IMG/VR virus record: IMGVR_UViG_3300050011_000047
Coordinates: 14,132-78,131 of that record
Length of the DNA stretch: 64,000 nucleotides
From: a virus
Taxonomy: Duplodnaviria > Heunggongvirae > Uroviricota > Caudoviricetes
Reading direction: 5' to 3' (one strand)
This document shows, in pieces, positions 36,479-45,861 of the stretch. Numbering within the stretch: the first letter of the stretch is position 1; each line of letters starts with the position of its first letter. The notes under the pieces are model-generated. The model had not been told where the DNA came from. It made no database searches and saw nothing but the letters and a program-made list of their open reading frames with translations. A program made the position numbers and the translations under genes.

Positions 36479-37123
36479 CTAACGGTCGGCGGTGACGCGC
36501 TTGGCGAGTGCCTTCTCGTCCGCCGTGTAGCGCACCGTCTTGACCGACGAAATCTTGCCGCCGACGAACGGAGTCATCTCCGTCGCAGCGGTGATCGCGC
36601 GAGTGGCGATGCCTACCAAGTCCTTGTCCGGGATCGGCAGACGTGCTTCGCGCTTCGATTTCCCTGCGGTGAGTTCACCGTGCATCGAGCCCGTTGCAGT
36701 TTCCCCGCCCGAGCCGATGGAGTCGAACGGGTAGATGTGCTCGTCCACACCGAAGTCCGACCACACGGTGAACAAGCGCCCACGCACCGCGAGCATGAAC
36801 GCACTCGGGCCGAACTCCTCGACGTTGTGGTAGATGTGCAGGTGGCCGTGATCCTCCATCAACTGCCGGATGTACGGGATGAAGTCACGCACGATCCACC
36901 GATGCTCGTCCATTCCGAGCGGCGGATCATCGAGCGAGTCCATCAAGTGATGTTGAAGAATCTGCCCGAACCGACCTGAGCCGCAGTAGCCGACGGCAAG
37001 CACATCCGAAAGTTGAAAGACCTTGGGCGAGACATCTTCGCGCTTCGTCCACTCCGTCGATCCTTGCGCATCCCCTGCGATGAGGACACCCTTTTCACCA
37101 ACGAGTCCGACGATGCATGTCAT
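36479..37123 (-). CDS. HslV/20S-proteasome-beta-like Ntn-hydrolase peptidase
   Basis: MTCIVGLVGEKGVLIAGDAQGS (HslV: MTTIVSV...IAGDGQ, Thr at position 2) and ...SIGSGGETATGSMHG (HslV GSGG). Confidence 0.55.
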   Translation of the reverse strand: MTCIVGLVGEKGVLIAGDAQGSTEWTKREDVSPKVFQLSDVLAVGYCGSGRFGQILQHHLMDSLDDPPLGMDEHRWIVRDFIPYIRQLMEDHGHLHIYHNVEEFGPSAFMLAVRGRLFTVWSDFGVDEHIYPFDSIGSGGETATGSMHGELTAGKSKREARLPIPDKDLVGIATRAITAATEMTPFVGGKISSVKTVRYTADEKALAKRVTADR

Positions 37124-37611
37124 GAGCCCACGATAGCAGAGTACGCGGCACGAGCGAGGAGCCTGTTTTGCAAGTTATGAATGTCCCGCACCGTCTCCTC
37201 GTTGTCCGAGGAGTGGAGCACCGGCAGCCGGAACATCGCGTTCGCTGCGTCCGCGATCAGGAGCCATGCTTCCTCCTCCTCGCGCGTCATCCACTGCGTG
37301 CGCGGCTCGATCACAGCGTTGCCTCTGCGCTCCTCGCGGCGGGCTATGACCTTCTCCGAACACGTGCAGTGCGAGACGGGATAGCCCTTGCATTTAGGGC
37401 ATGCCTCCTCCGACCACGAACGCGGCTCAGGCGGCGCGTTGATGCAGCCCGGCCCACAGGGCTCGCAGCATCCCTCGGCCATGTCCGGGCAGTACCCGCA
37501 GGTGCATGCGAGTGTCGTAGATGACTCAGAAGACGACACGAGCGCGCGCTCGTCGGCGGTCACCTGCTCGCGCTCGTTGAGCGGAGCCCCGAAGACGAAC
37601 CGTTGCCTCAC
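37120..37611 (-). CDS. Cys-rich hypothetical protein
   Basis: ACTCGYCPDMAEGCCEPCGPGCINAPPEP...CPKCKGYPVSHCTCSEK. Confidence 0.4.
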   Translation of the reverse strand: MRQRFVFGAPLNEREQVTADERALVSSSESSTTLACTCGYCPDMAEGCCEPCGPGCINAPPEPRSWSEEACPKCKGYPVSHCTCSEKVIARREERRGNAVIEPRTQWMTREEEEAWLLIADAANAMFRLPVLHSSDNEETVRDIHNLQNRLLARAAYSAIVGS

Positions 37612-37835
37612 TCGGGTGCTTCGAGCGTAAGGGTGAGCATCCCGGCGGCGACGGCAGCCTCCGCCGTCTGCACATTCGCGAGTTCGTCAGGGATGTCGAG
37701 CACCACGCGGACGATGAGAGCGCCGGGTAGCGGCTGCCGGGGGCACTTCGAGGTCACACGGGCGATGGAGGCACGCCGGGCCACACCGCTCGGTGTGCGC
37801 TCGGGGATCACCTGCACGAATCCGATTGCCTTCAT
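37608..37835 (-). CDS. hypothetical small protein
   Basis: 75 aa, ATGA-coupled. Confidence 0.35.
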   Translation of the reverse strand: MKAIGFVQVIPERTPSGVARRASIARVTSKCPRQPLPGALIVRVVLDIPDELANVQTAEAAVAAGMLTLTLEAPE

Positions 37836-37921
37836 CTGCGCCTCCTTGGAGGTCGGCCCCCGCCCGGTGAAGGGCGGGGCCGTTTGGGTGGGTGGAACCT
37901 TAGTGTAGCGGACGAGCCGGG

Positions 37922-39049
37922 CTACGTCCAGCCGTCATCGGCGGCGCGAACGTCCTGCAAGTTGAGTTGGTGCTGCCCCGTCCACCCTCGCGTCGGGTGG
38001 AACGAGAGGAGCGTCTGCTCGGCGGGACGGCCTGAGCCGAACGCCTGCAAGCCGTACTCGTCAACACCCTTGGTCGAGCCGTTGACGAATGTGCGAGCGT
38101 GGATGCCGTCGAGTGAGTTCGCGGTGTGAAAATGACCCATGAACACGAAGTCGAGCGGCTGCCGGGCCTGCGCGAACTGCGCTTCGAGCGTCGTGACGCG
38201 GCGGATGACTCCACCCCACGGCACGCCCGGCATGGTCGAGCGGATGCCGTCGCCGTGCATTAGCAGCGCACGCCATTTGTTCGCAATCATCTGCGTGGAG
38301 TACCCACCGGTCGAGATGTCGAAGGAGAACTGTGGATGCTTCTCCAAGAAAATCTCCATCACCTTGTACGCGATGAAGTCGGCGTTGTTGTGGATCAACT
38401 TGGCCTGCGTCTTCTTCGCGAAGCGCGGGTGGTTGCCCGGCACGCCTGCGACGTGGATCGCGGGGAAGTCCTTGGCGAGTTCTTCGAGCCACGCAATCGT
38501 GTCACGGGCGAACTGCACCGTGGCCTCGGAGAGCGTGCGGTCGTTGGTCACCATCAACTCCTCATGAATCTGCCCGGAGAGCATGTCCCCGAGCATGAAC
38601 ACGTTGAGGCGGGAGACTTCGTAACCGAAGTGCTCCTTGTGCGATAGGATCGACTGCCGAATCGTGTCCATCCGATCCAGCATGATCGTCCAGTTGTATT
38701 CGTTGATGCCGCGCGTCCCTTCGAGCGTGACGACCTCGGCGGCGTGGGTGTCTGAGAACAGGAGCACCAACTCCTGCGCCGAGCGCCCGTTCTTCGAGGG
38801 CTTGAATGCCGTCGGTTCGTAGCGCGGGCGGACGACCTCGATGGCGTCCTCCATGCGCTGCACGAGCATCTCAAGTTGCATCTCGCCCTTCTCATTCTTC
38901 TTGACGGCGCGGGCGAGTTCGCGGCGCTGCTCCGCGAGGTACTCCTTCTCCTTGTCCAAATCCGCCTGCGTGATCGGCGGTGGAATCTCCTTTACCTGCG
39001 GAGCCTTGACACGGCGCTGCGTTGACGCCTTAATGCGTGAACTAGCCAC
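37922..39049 (-). CDS. calcineurin-like metallophosphoesterase (Mre11/SbcD-like)
   Basis: GTG 39049 with an AAGGAGG SD. Motifs LLFSDTHA (DxH), MLGDMLSG (GD), GNHPRF (GNH), GHFH. N-terminal basic coiled-coil. Confidence 0.6.
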   Translation of the reverse strand: MASSRIKASTQRRVKAPQVKEIPPPITQADLDKEKEYLAEQRRELARAVKKNEKGEMQLEMLVQRMEDAIEVVRPRYEPTAFKPSKNGRSAQELVLLFSDTHAAEVVTLEGTRGINEYNWTIMLDRMDTIRQSILSHKEHFGYEVSRLNVFMLGDMLSGQIHEELMVTNDRTLSEATVQFARDTIAWLEELAKDFPAIHVAGVPGNHPRFAKKTQAKLIHNNADFIAYKVMEIFLEKHPQFSFDISTGGYSTQMIANKWRALLMHGDGIRSTMPGVPWGGVIRRVTTLEAQFAQARQPLDFVFMGHFHTANSLDGIHARTFVNGSTKGVDEYGLQAFGSGRPAEQTLLSFHPTRGWTGQHQLNLQDVRAADDGWT

Positions 39050-39746
39050 ACTTGACCTCCTTGACGATGAATCGACCGAAGCCCTGTGCGCGGTTTGCAC
39101 CAAGCGCGGAGAACTCCTCTGCATATTCGAGGCAGTCCCGGAGCCGCTCCTCGTTGAGCGTCTGCTCCTTCGCAACACCGCCACGGAGAATCTTCACCAT
39201 AAAGGTGATCGTAGCACCCGTGGCTTCTCCGTCGATGTACTCGTTCATGGCGATGGACGAGCGCGGCCCCTGCGCGGTCATGACGTGGATGGGGCGCTCC
39301 TCGATGCCGGTGATGTCATCGACGCCGAAGGTGAGGAAGTCTCCGTTGTCGAGCGCACGCACCACGAGGTCATGCTGAATGACCTGCTTCATGCGTCCGT
39401 CTGCGTTGTTGAGGAAGAAGCCGAGACGCTGCATCGACTCGCGCAGCATCGCCTTCACCTGCCGAGTCTCGATGGCGGGAACGCCCTTGACGCGGCGGAA
39501 GCCGTTGCACGCCGTCTCCGTGTCATCCGAGAGCGGCATCGTGTCGTCGGCTGCGAGGTCGGCTGCGAGTCCTTCTGCATCCGTGTCGCCCTGCAAGTCC
39601 TTCGGAACACCTGCGGCTTGTTTGGCGATCCACGGTGCGTACTTCGCGGCACGCTCCTCCTCGGTCAAGTCCTCGGGGAGTATCGGGATGCCACCGTGGA
39701 TGTGGTTGATGAATCCGAGCGTGACTGTGTACTTGTCGATCTTCAT
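39042..39746 (-). CDS. hypothetical protein
   Basis: 234 aa. Strong SD (GAAGGAGGA). Acidic middle region. Confidence 0.45.
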   Translation of the reverse strand: MKIDKYTVTLGFINHIHGGIPILPEDLTEEERAAKYAPWIAKQAAGVPKDLQGDTDAEGLAADLAADDTMPLSDDTETACNGFRRVKGVPAIETRQVKAMLRESMQRLGFFLNNADGRMKQVIQHDLVVRALDNGDFLTFGVDDITGIEERPIHVMTAQGPRSSIAMNEYIDGEATGATITFMVKILRGGVAKEQTLNEERLRDCLEYAEEFSALGANRAQGFGRFIVKEVKCG

Positions 39747-39944
39747 ATCTCCTCCTTCATTGGTGAGTCACATTGATGGGATTAGGCGCGGTAAGTCTCG
39801 TTGGATGGGAACGGCAGAGTTGGGTACGTCGCGTTGGCCTGGTCCGGAACGGTTGGGAAAGTCGAGTTGGTGAGGGCTGACGTGGCGAGTAGTTACTTCG
39901 ATGTTAGTGTATCGGGCGGACTCTTTCAAGTTCGCCCGATACCC

Positions 39945-40832
39945 TTAGAAGGTCGGCTCGGGCGCAACCACCACTGCGCCGGGAGTCGGAGCCGGTGCCG
40001 GTGCCGGAGCAGCGGGGGCCGGAACGACCGCAGGAGCCGCTGCGACGGGCGGTGCGGCCTGCGCAGCCGTCAGGGCGGCGAGTTGCGCCTGCAACTCCTC
40101 GACCGTGGCAGCCGGTGCGGCAGCGGCGGGCTCAGGCGCGAGCGCGAGAGGAGCCGGTGCCACGGGCGGCACAACCGCCGTAGGCGGAAGCACTGCGGGT
40201 GCCGGGAGCGCAGCCGGGGCGGGTGCCTCGGCGGCAACGGGCGGCAGGGGTGCCGGAGCCGGAGCGGCGGCAGCCGGAGCCGGAGCGGCGGCAGCCGGGG
40301 CCGGTGCAGGCAGGGCCGGAGCCCCACCGATGGCGGCGACCGGCGGTGCGCCCACGAGGGACAGTTTGCCGATGCTTGCCTGCATGTCCGTCGTCTCGCC
40401 GTTCTTGCCCTTGTACGTGTTTTGCACGAGATGCGCCTGCACGATGCGCCCCTCGATCATCACGGTGACCGCCGTGTAGAGCGGTTCGAGATTGGCAGCC
40501 GTCGCGCCAACCTGCCGGGCGACCGCGTTCAACTCCTCGGGGCCAAGGCCGATGGCGGCGAGGTTCGTCAGGGACACGCCCTTCTGATTGCCCCGCTTGG
40601 TCGTGTTCGAGTCGAGGACGACGGAGAAGACCTTGACGTTCTTCCCGGCCTCCGGCCCGGCCTGCACTTTGCCCTCCACGAAAATGTACCCGCCGTCCTT
40701 CTTGTTGAAGCGAGCCGAGAGTGCGAGCGTGTACTCGCCGTTCTCGATCACGTCCGACGAGAAGCCGGTGGACATGTCTGCCTGCGAGAACAAGTCTCCG
40801 GCGAGTGCTGCGTTCGGATCAGGTACCGACAT
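39945..40832 (-). CDS. hypothetical protein with an Ala/Pro-rich C-terminal tail; possible ssDNA-binding partner of Sak4
   Basis: ~170-aa globular N-terminal domain, then ...PAPAAAAPAPAAAAPAPAPLPP... Located downstream of the Sak4-like and Cas4-like genes. SD AAGGAGGG. Confidence 0.35.
   Translation of the reverse strand: MSVPDPNAALAGDLFSQADMSTGFSSDVIENGEYTLALSARFNKKDGGYIFVEGKVQAGPEAGKNVKVFSVVLDSNTTKRGNQKGVSLTNLAAIGLGPEELNAVARQVGATAANLEPLYTAVTVMIEGRIVQAHLVQNTYKGKNGETTDMQASIGKLSLVGAPPVAAIGGAPALPAPAPAAAAPAPAAAAPAPAPLPPVAAEAPAPAALPAPAVLPPTAVVPPVAPAPLALAPEPAAAAPAATVEELQAQLAALTAAQAAPPVAAAPAVVPAPAAPAPAPAPTPGAVVVAPEPTF
40256..40312. repeat. tandem 27-nt repeat (gccggagccggagcggcggcagccgga x2) encoding the PAPAAAAPA repeats
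   Basis: Read directly, inside gene 39945-40832. Confidence 0.4.
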
Positions 40833-40834
40833 TG

Positions 40835-41590
40835 CTAGTTCCCTCCTTTGTTGTTGAGCAAGTTCATGAACGATTCGATGTACTGCTCGCCCGTGTCAGG
40901 CAACGGGATGATCGGGCCGTAGTGCGCCTTCAACTCGTTGGTGCCGTCCTTGGCGACGAAGCCCGGCGTCTCGTCCACAAGCAGATGCCGGATGAAGTTC
41001 CCGTTGGCGTCGGCCTTCTTGAACATATAACCAACGACATCGAGATAGTAGGCGAGTTGCTCGCGCAACGCGCCGACAAGCAAGGGTTGGTTCGTCTCCC
41101 CGTGCGAGCCGGTGATAAAAAGCATCGTCTTGATGCCATTCTCCGGGATGAGCGTCAAGTCGCGGAACTCGCGCACCGTCTTCTCAAGTTCCCGCAGGAG
41201 GATCGAGTAGTGCTCGCGCTCCAACGCAGCAGTGCCCGGCACTTGTTGGTCGATGCACCGCTTCTGCGCTTCCATGAGCGAGTCCAAGCGGCACGAGACG
41301 AAATCGTGGTACTGACGCCCGGCGCGAAGGTATTGCTTCGCCTTGTCGAGCGTCTGATAGTCCGGCACCGCTGCGATGCACGTTGTCCACGTGCCGTCGT
41401 AACGCGGCGGCGGCTCGGCGTTGATGTTCCACACCTTCTTCGGCAGCCCGTGCGCGTCCGGCGTGTACCGAGCGCGGCCTTCGAGGTCGAGAGCGAGTAG
41501 CGGCTTCGGCGCAGTGTCCGAGAGCCACGACTTGCCCACACCCGAGGGGCCGTGAATGAGTGCGGTAAGAGTTGCGTCAATCGTTGTCAT
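40835..41590 (-). CDS. Sak4-like RecA-fold ATPase (AAA_24 family)
   Basis: Walker A IHGPSGVGKSWL. ~250 aa. SD AAGGAGGA. Confidence 0.5.
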   Translation of the reverse strand: MTTIDATLTALIHGPSGVGKSWLSDTAPKPLLALDLEGRARYTPDAHGLPKKVWNINAEPPPRYDGTWTTCIAAVPDYQTLDKAKQYLRAGRQYHDFVSCRLDSLMEAQKRCIDQQVPGTAALEREHYSILLRELEKTVREFRDLTLIPENGIKTMLFITGSHGETNQPLLVGALREQLAYYLDVVGYMFKKADANGNFIRHLLVDETPGFVAKDGTNELKAHYGPIIPLPDTGEQYIESFMNLLNNKGGN

Positions 41591-41626
41591 ACGTCTCCTC
41601 CTTCGAGCGGTAAGTCTAGCACAGTG

Positions 41627-42586
41627 CTAGAACTCATCCGCGCCGTCGTAGCGTTCGAGCGGATCGCGCTCCTCGTAGATCGCATTGAGTGCACCCTCTG
41701 CATCGGAGCCGTCATCGAACAACGGGCAGATGCGGAAGAACTCGCACTCCCACTTGCACCGATCCGGTATCGGAGTCGGCGGTGCGACCGAGTGATGATC
41801 CTCCCCCGCGTCGAGCCGTGCTTCGGTCGCAGCGATTTCGCGTCCGATGGCGACGACATGTTTCCAGTGGTTCCGCAACTCGTAAATGTTGTGCGGAACC
41901 TCCACGCGAGCATAGAACGGTGGCTTGGCCGTACCGCTGCGCTTCACCTTCTTGAGCAGGTTGACGAGAATGCCGGAGCAGTCGCGGTGCGCCTCCTCGG
42001 GCGTCATGCCCTGCTCGATGGAGTGCAGGAACCGTGCGAGATGCTCGGTCAAGAACTGCGCGTCGATGCGGTAGCCAATCTGCGGCGCGTCGAGCGAGCC
42101 GGTGGTCTTGTGTTCGAGCGCGAGACGCTGCCCGTCCGACTTCCGTTCGACCGGCGCGTCCAACTTCGAGAGAAGCGTGATGCCGATGAGCCCGGACGAA
42201 TCACGCAGCGGTACCTTGACCGTCTGCTCGGAGCCGAGAATAGTGAGGTCGGCGTCTGCACCTTCGGCTTCGAGCCACTCCATGTAGCCCGTGAGCATCG
42301 CCTCCACGAGTGTGAACTCCTTGCGGCGTGCCGTCTCCTCGGATGGGTGCTCCGCGATGGCGAGTTCGAGCGCCGTCTGCGCGTACTCCACGGGGTCGAT
42401 GCGGTTCTCCGTGTTGTACCACGCAGCAAGCGCGTCGTGGACAAAGTTGCCGACGGAGAGTGCGGTGCCTGCGGCGGGGTCTACGCGCGGCTTCATGCGG
42501 CGGTAGTGGCCGAGGTACCAACGGCGACGGCAGCGCCGGAACGCCGCCATCTCCGAGTTCGAGAGTCCGAGCGAGTCCTTCCTCAC
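41627..42586 (-). CDS. Cas4/RecB-like PD-(D/E)XK exonuclease with Fe-S Cys cluster
   Basis: N-terminal ...FRRCRRRWYLGHY... and C-terminal ...CKWECEFFRICPLF give the four Cys typical of Cas4/DUF2800 nucleases. GTG start in GTGA overlap. Confidence 0.5.
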   Translation of the reverse strand: MRKDSLGLSNSEMAAFRRCRRRWYLGHYRRMKPRVDPAAGTALSVGNFVHDALAAWYNTENRIDPVEYAQTALELAIAEHPSEETARRKEFTLVEAMLTGYMEWLEAEGADADLTILGSEQTVKVPLRDSSGLIGITLLSKLDAPVERKSDGQRLALEHKTTGSLDAPQIGYRIDAQFLTEHLARFLHSIEQGMTPEEAHRDCSGILVNLLKKVKRSGTAKPPFYARVEVPHNIYELRNHWKHVVAIGREIAATEARLDAGEDHHSVAPPTPIPDRCKWECEFFRICPLFDDGSDAEGALNAIYEERDPLERYDGADEF

Positions 42587-42825
42587 GACTTACTCTCGAC
42601 TTCGAGCGGGAAGCCTTCCGGTATCACCGGGTTCGGTGGGCCGGGCTCACCGATCAGGAACACGAACTCGGGGTACACGACCACGGGCTCGCCGTCGTTG
42701 CGCACGAGCGTCGCGCCTCGGCCCGCCGAGCGGGCGGCGTCGAGTGCGTCCTTGACTTCCTCGATGTCGTCGGCGCGAACGAGAGCGCGGCCCCCGTAAG
42801 GCGACTCGACTGAAAAGATCGTCAT
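42583..42825 (-). CDS. hypothetical protein
   Basis: 80 aa, ATGA-coupled. Confidence 0.35.
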   Translation of the reverse strand: MTIFSVESPYGGRALVRADDIEEVKDALDAARSAGRGATLVRNDGEPVVVYPEFVFLIGEPGPPNPVIPEGFPLEVESKS

Positions 42826-43382
42826 GCGTCCTCCTTGAGTGCGAGCAGTTCGGTGTGCCGAGCGAGGAACTTAGCCTCGGCATTCTCGGGGCTCCACTTC
42901 TTGATTTCGATGTCCGCCGCTTGGATGTCGTGGTAGTAGCCCCAATGATCCCGGCCATGCACTAATTGCTCGGCCTCCGCGATGAGCATGGAGATGTCGG
43001 CGTACTTGACCAGCGGAGGGAAAGGGAACGTGACGCCGAGCGCGTCACGGATAACTCGTTCGATCCGCTGCTCCGCACCCCGATACGCCTGGCCGAGCGT
43101 CTCGTGGTTCTTGAGCGGCTTCGCCATGTCTTGCAGGTACGTCTCGGCGTCATCGTGGTGGAGCGCGTCATACGCCTGCTCCGGCGGCACGAGGAGCGAG
43201 CAGTAGTAGGCGTGCTGCGCGACGGAGTAGTGCCACTTGGTAGCACCTGACCACCGGCACTGCAATGCCAAGTGGTGCGCGATATCTTCGAGCAGGATGT
43301 CCTCCACTTGAAGGTCGAGCGGATTGATGTGCGCGCCCGAGAACATGGTGATGTAACTCGGGATGTGCTCGATCTTAGCCAC
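42822..43382 (-). CDS. HD-domain phosphohydrolase
   Basis: ...IAHHLALQCRW... and ...LHHDDAETYLQD (H...HD...D pattern). Confidence 0.5.
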   Translation of the reverse strand: MAKIEHIPSYITMFSGAHINPLDLQVEDILLEDIAHHLALQCRWSGATKWHYSVAQHAYYCSLLVPPEQAYDALHHDDAETYLQDMAKPLKNHETLGQAYRGAEQRIERVIRDALGVTFPFPPLVKYADISMLIAEAEQLVHGRDHWGYYHDIQAADIEIKKWSPENAEAKFLARHTELLALKEDA

Positions 43383-43641
43383 GTCGGCCTCCCGTCGGGC
43401 GCAAGCCCCGGTTCACCTTCCGCGCCTGCTTGGCGACCTTGCCGAGCGCGCGGCGGCGGCGCAGTTCTTTCGAGGCGTAGGGCGTCTTGACGATTGTGTC
43501 GAGCGGCCCGAGCATGTACCACCGCTTGATCCCAACTTGGTTCTTCGGGATGTAGCGCAAGCGGCGCACGCCTGCACGAGTTGGCGGACGCTCCGGGCGC
43601 TTGCCGAGGATGTTGTCGAACAATCTCATTTGGCGAGCCAT
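43375..43641 (-). CDS. small basic hypothetical protein
   Basis: MARQMRLFDNILGKRPERPP...RRRRALGKVAKQARKVNRG. Start overlaps the helicase stop. Only the 3' 89 codons of ORF 43375-43989 are used. Confidence 0.35.
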   Translation of the reverse strand: MARQMRLFDNILGKRPERPPTRAGVRRLRYIPKNQVGIKRWYMLGPLDTIVKTPYASKELRRRRALGKVAKQARKVNRGLRPTGGRRG

Positions 43642-45404
43642 GCCTTCACATTGGCCTCGTCTCTTGCGATTTCTTCGAGCATCCCCGCCTTGGTCACGAG
43701 TACGTCGCGGACACGCTCCTCGATGGTGCCTTCGGTAATCACGTCGATGATCGTCACCGAGTCGGCGTCCTGGCCGATGCGGTGGATGCGATCCTCCGCC
43801 TGCGCATTCTGCACGGCGTTGAAACTCCGCTGCAAGAAGACGGCAGTCGAGGCGGCGGTGAGCGTGAGCCCTTCGCCACCGGCTGCGAGCGTCAGGAGGA
43901 GCACCTTGATTTCTCCATTCTGGAACAGGCGCACGTTCTCGGTGCGTTGGTAGTCCGGGATGTCGCCCGTGATGAGCCCCAACTTCCACCCGAACATCGG
44001 GCCGTCCTTCTTGCCTGTCTCCGCAACCAGCCGGTTATAACAAAGGTTGATCAACTGCTTAGATTCTGCGAAGACGACGACCTGCTCGTCGCCTACTTCG
44101 AGGAGAATCTCCTCAAGCGCGTCGGCCTTGCACGACGGATCGGAGAGCACGAGCGCCGTCTTCGGTACACCCATGTCGTCCAGTTCGGCAGTCGGCACGA
44201 GTTCGCCGTAGGCGCTCGCGAACTGACACAGGCGCGTAGCCTGCACGAGCGGCGACGACGCCATGAGCACGCCCGCGTCGAGCGAGGCTAGCATCTCCTT
44301 GCGCATCGAGTCGTAGGCGACACCCTGCTTGGTCTTCGATCCGCCGGGCGTCTCCATCTTGACATAGCGCGTGGCGTAAATCTTCGGAGGCAACTGCGGG
44401 AGCACGACTGACTTGATGCGCCGGATGAAGCGGGAGTCGAGGATGCGGAACAACTCCTCCGCCATCTCCGACTTGATCCCGGCGACCTGCTCGAAGCCGA
44501 AGACGTTGTAAACCGTGAGCGCATACCGCTCGATGAACTTCGACTTGTATGGGTACTCACGCGGCGACACGAAGCGCATGAGCGCCCAAATGTCCTCGGG
44601 CGAGTTGGCGATAGGTGTGCCGGTGAGCGCGAAGCGGTGGCGGGCGCGATCCCCGACGTACCACAGTGCGCGCGTCTGCTTCGAGCGCGGGTCTTTGACC
44701 TTGTGCGCCTCATCTGCCACGACCGCCCCGAGCACGATGGCGTTCAACTCCTTGTCTTCCTTCTCCTTGTCGGAGAGGTTGAGTTGCCCGTAACCCGCGA
44801 GCCGCGTGTGCGACCGGAGCGCCTCATAGTTGATGATGCCAACCTCGGCAGCGCCCGAGGCGAGCGCCTCGATGGCGGCGGCTCGCTTCTTCGGGGTGCC
44901 GGTGATGATGACCGTCGGGCGTCCGCTCCACTTCTCCCACTCGTTCGCCCACGTGCCCTTCATCGAGTTCGGGCAGACAATGAGCGCGGGGAACGCCGCG
45001 TCACCGATCAGTTCGAGGGTGGCGATGGCCTGCACGGACTTGCCGAGCCCCATCTCGTCCGCGTTGAGCGCGGAGCCTGCCGTCGCCATGAAGCCGACGC
45101 CCGCGCGCTGGAACGGGTAGAGGTTGCCGAACATCGGAAGGTCGCAGTCTTCTGCGGTGCGGAGCGCGAGCGCGGGCACGATGCGGGTGGCCTGCTCGTT
45201 CGCGGCCCACGCGTTCAATTCCTGGCCGATTTCAAGTGCTGCGCCGAACACCCCGCGCAGTTGGATGCAGCCCGCCCACGAGAGCGGGACGTGCCACACC
45301 TGCGCGTCGTTGTCCCACCGAGCACCGGGAATCTTCTTGATTAGTTCCTTTTCGCGGAACTGTGCGTAGACGTTGATCCGTCCGTTTTCCAACTCAGCGA
45401 TCAT
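43626..45404 (-). CDS. SNF2-family DNA helicase/translocase
   Basis: ...DEMGLGKS... (motif I), VVADEAHKVK (DEAH), ...LLLTLAAGGEGLTL..., ...QAEDRIHRIGQ... (motif VI). Confidence 0.7.
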   Translation of the reverse strand: MIAELENGRINVYAQFREKELIKKIPGARWDNDAQVWHVPLSWAGCIQLRGVFGAALEIGQELNAWAANEQATRIVPALALRTAEDCDLPMFGNLYPFQRAGVGFMATAGSALNADEMGLGKSVQAIATLELIGDAAFPALIVCPNSMKGTWANEWEKWSGRPTVIITGTPKKRAAAIEALASGAAEVGIINYEALRSHTRLAGYGQLNLSDKEKEDKELNAIVLGAVVADEAHKVKDPRSKQTRALWYVGDRARHRFALTGTPIANSPEDIWALMRFVSPREYPYKSKFIERYALTVYNVFGFEQVAGIKSEMAEELFRILDSRFIRRIKSVVLPQLPPKIYATRYVKMETPGGSKTKQGVAYDSMRKEMLASLDAGVLMASSPLVQATRLCQFASAYGELVPTAELDDMGVPKTALVLSDPSCKADALEEILLEVGDEQVVVFAESKQLINLCYNRLVAETGKKDGPMFGWKLGLITGDIPDYQRTENVRLFQNGEIKVLLLTLAAGGEGLTLTAASTAVFLQRSFNAVQNAQAEDRIHRIGQDADSVTIIDVITEGTIEERVRDVLVTKAGMLEEIARDEANVKAWLAK

Positions 45405-45426
45405 GCCGAATCCCTCCTTCTAGCGA

Positions 45427-45861
45427 TCATGGTAGCAGACGTTGGAGGTCTATGAGCCCCGCGCCTGCGAGGTACTTGACGAGATGCCCCGAGGCCGAGC
45501 GTGCGTGGTCACTCCCCTTCGTGTACCATCCGAGCCGCTTCAACTTGTCGGAGCCCGCGAACTTGTACGCACCGGGGTCTTGCAACACGAACTTCACCTT
45601 GTGCGCAGTCGTGAGATAGCGCAGTGCGCCGATCATCTCGATGGTCGTATTGCCCTCCTTCGCGCGTGGGCCGGAGATGCGGAAGTCCTCGCAGACAACC
45701 ACGTCCGACGCCATGACCCACGCCTTGACCTCGGCGTAGAACTGCTCCGGCGTCCACTCCCACGCAGAGAACCACTCGGTGCCTTCGGATTCCCGTGGAT
45801 CGTTGTCCGTCCAAGATGCGACGCCAATGTGCGGCCCCGGATCGACCGCTAAGACTCTCAC
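45427..45861 (-). CDS. RuvC-like Holliday junction resolvase
   Basis: GTG start (GTGA overlap), then VRVLAVDPGPHIGVASW (compare RuvC MRVLGIDPG). Confidence 0.5.
   Translation of the reverse strand: MRVLAVDPGPHIGVASWTDNDPRESEGTEWFSAWEWTPEQFYAEVKAWVMASDVVVCEDFRISGPRAKEGNTTIEMIGALRYLTTAHKVKFVLQDPGAYKFAGSDKLKRLGWYTKGSDHARSASGHLVKYLAGAGLIDLQRLLP

Noticed and set aside
43375-43989. 204-aa minus ORF overlapping the SNF2 helicase gene
   Set aside because: Most of it is an alternative frame of the helicase. Only the 3' 89 codons downstream of the helicase stop (43375-43641) are treated as a gene.
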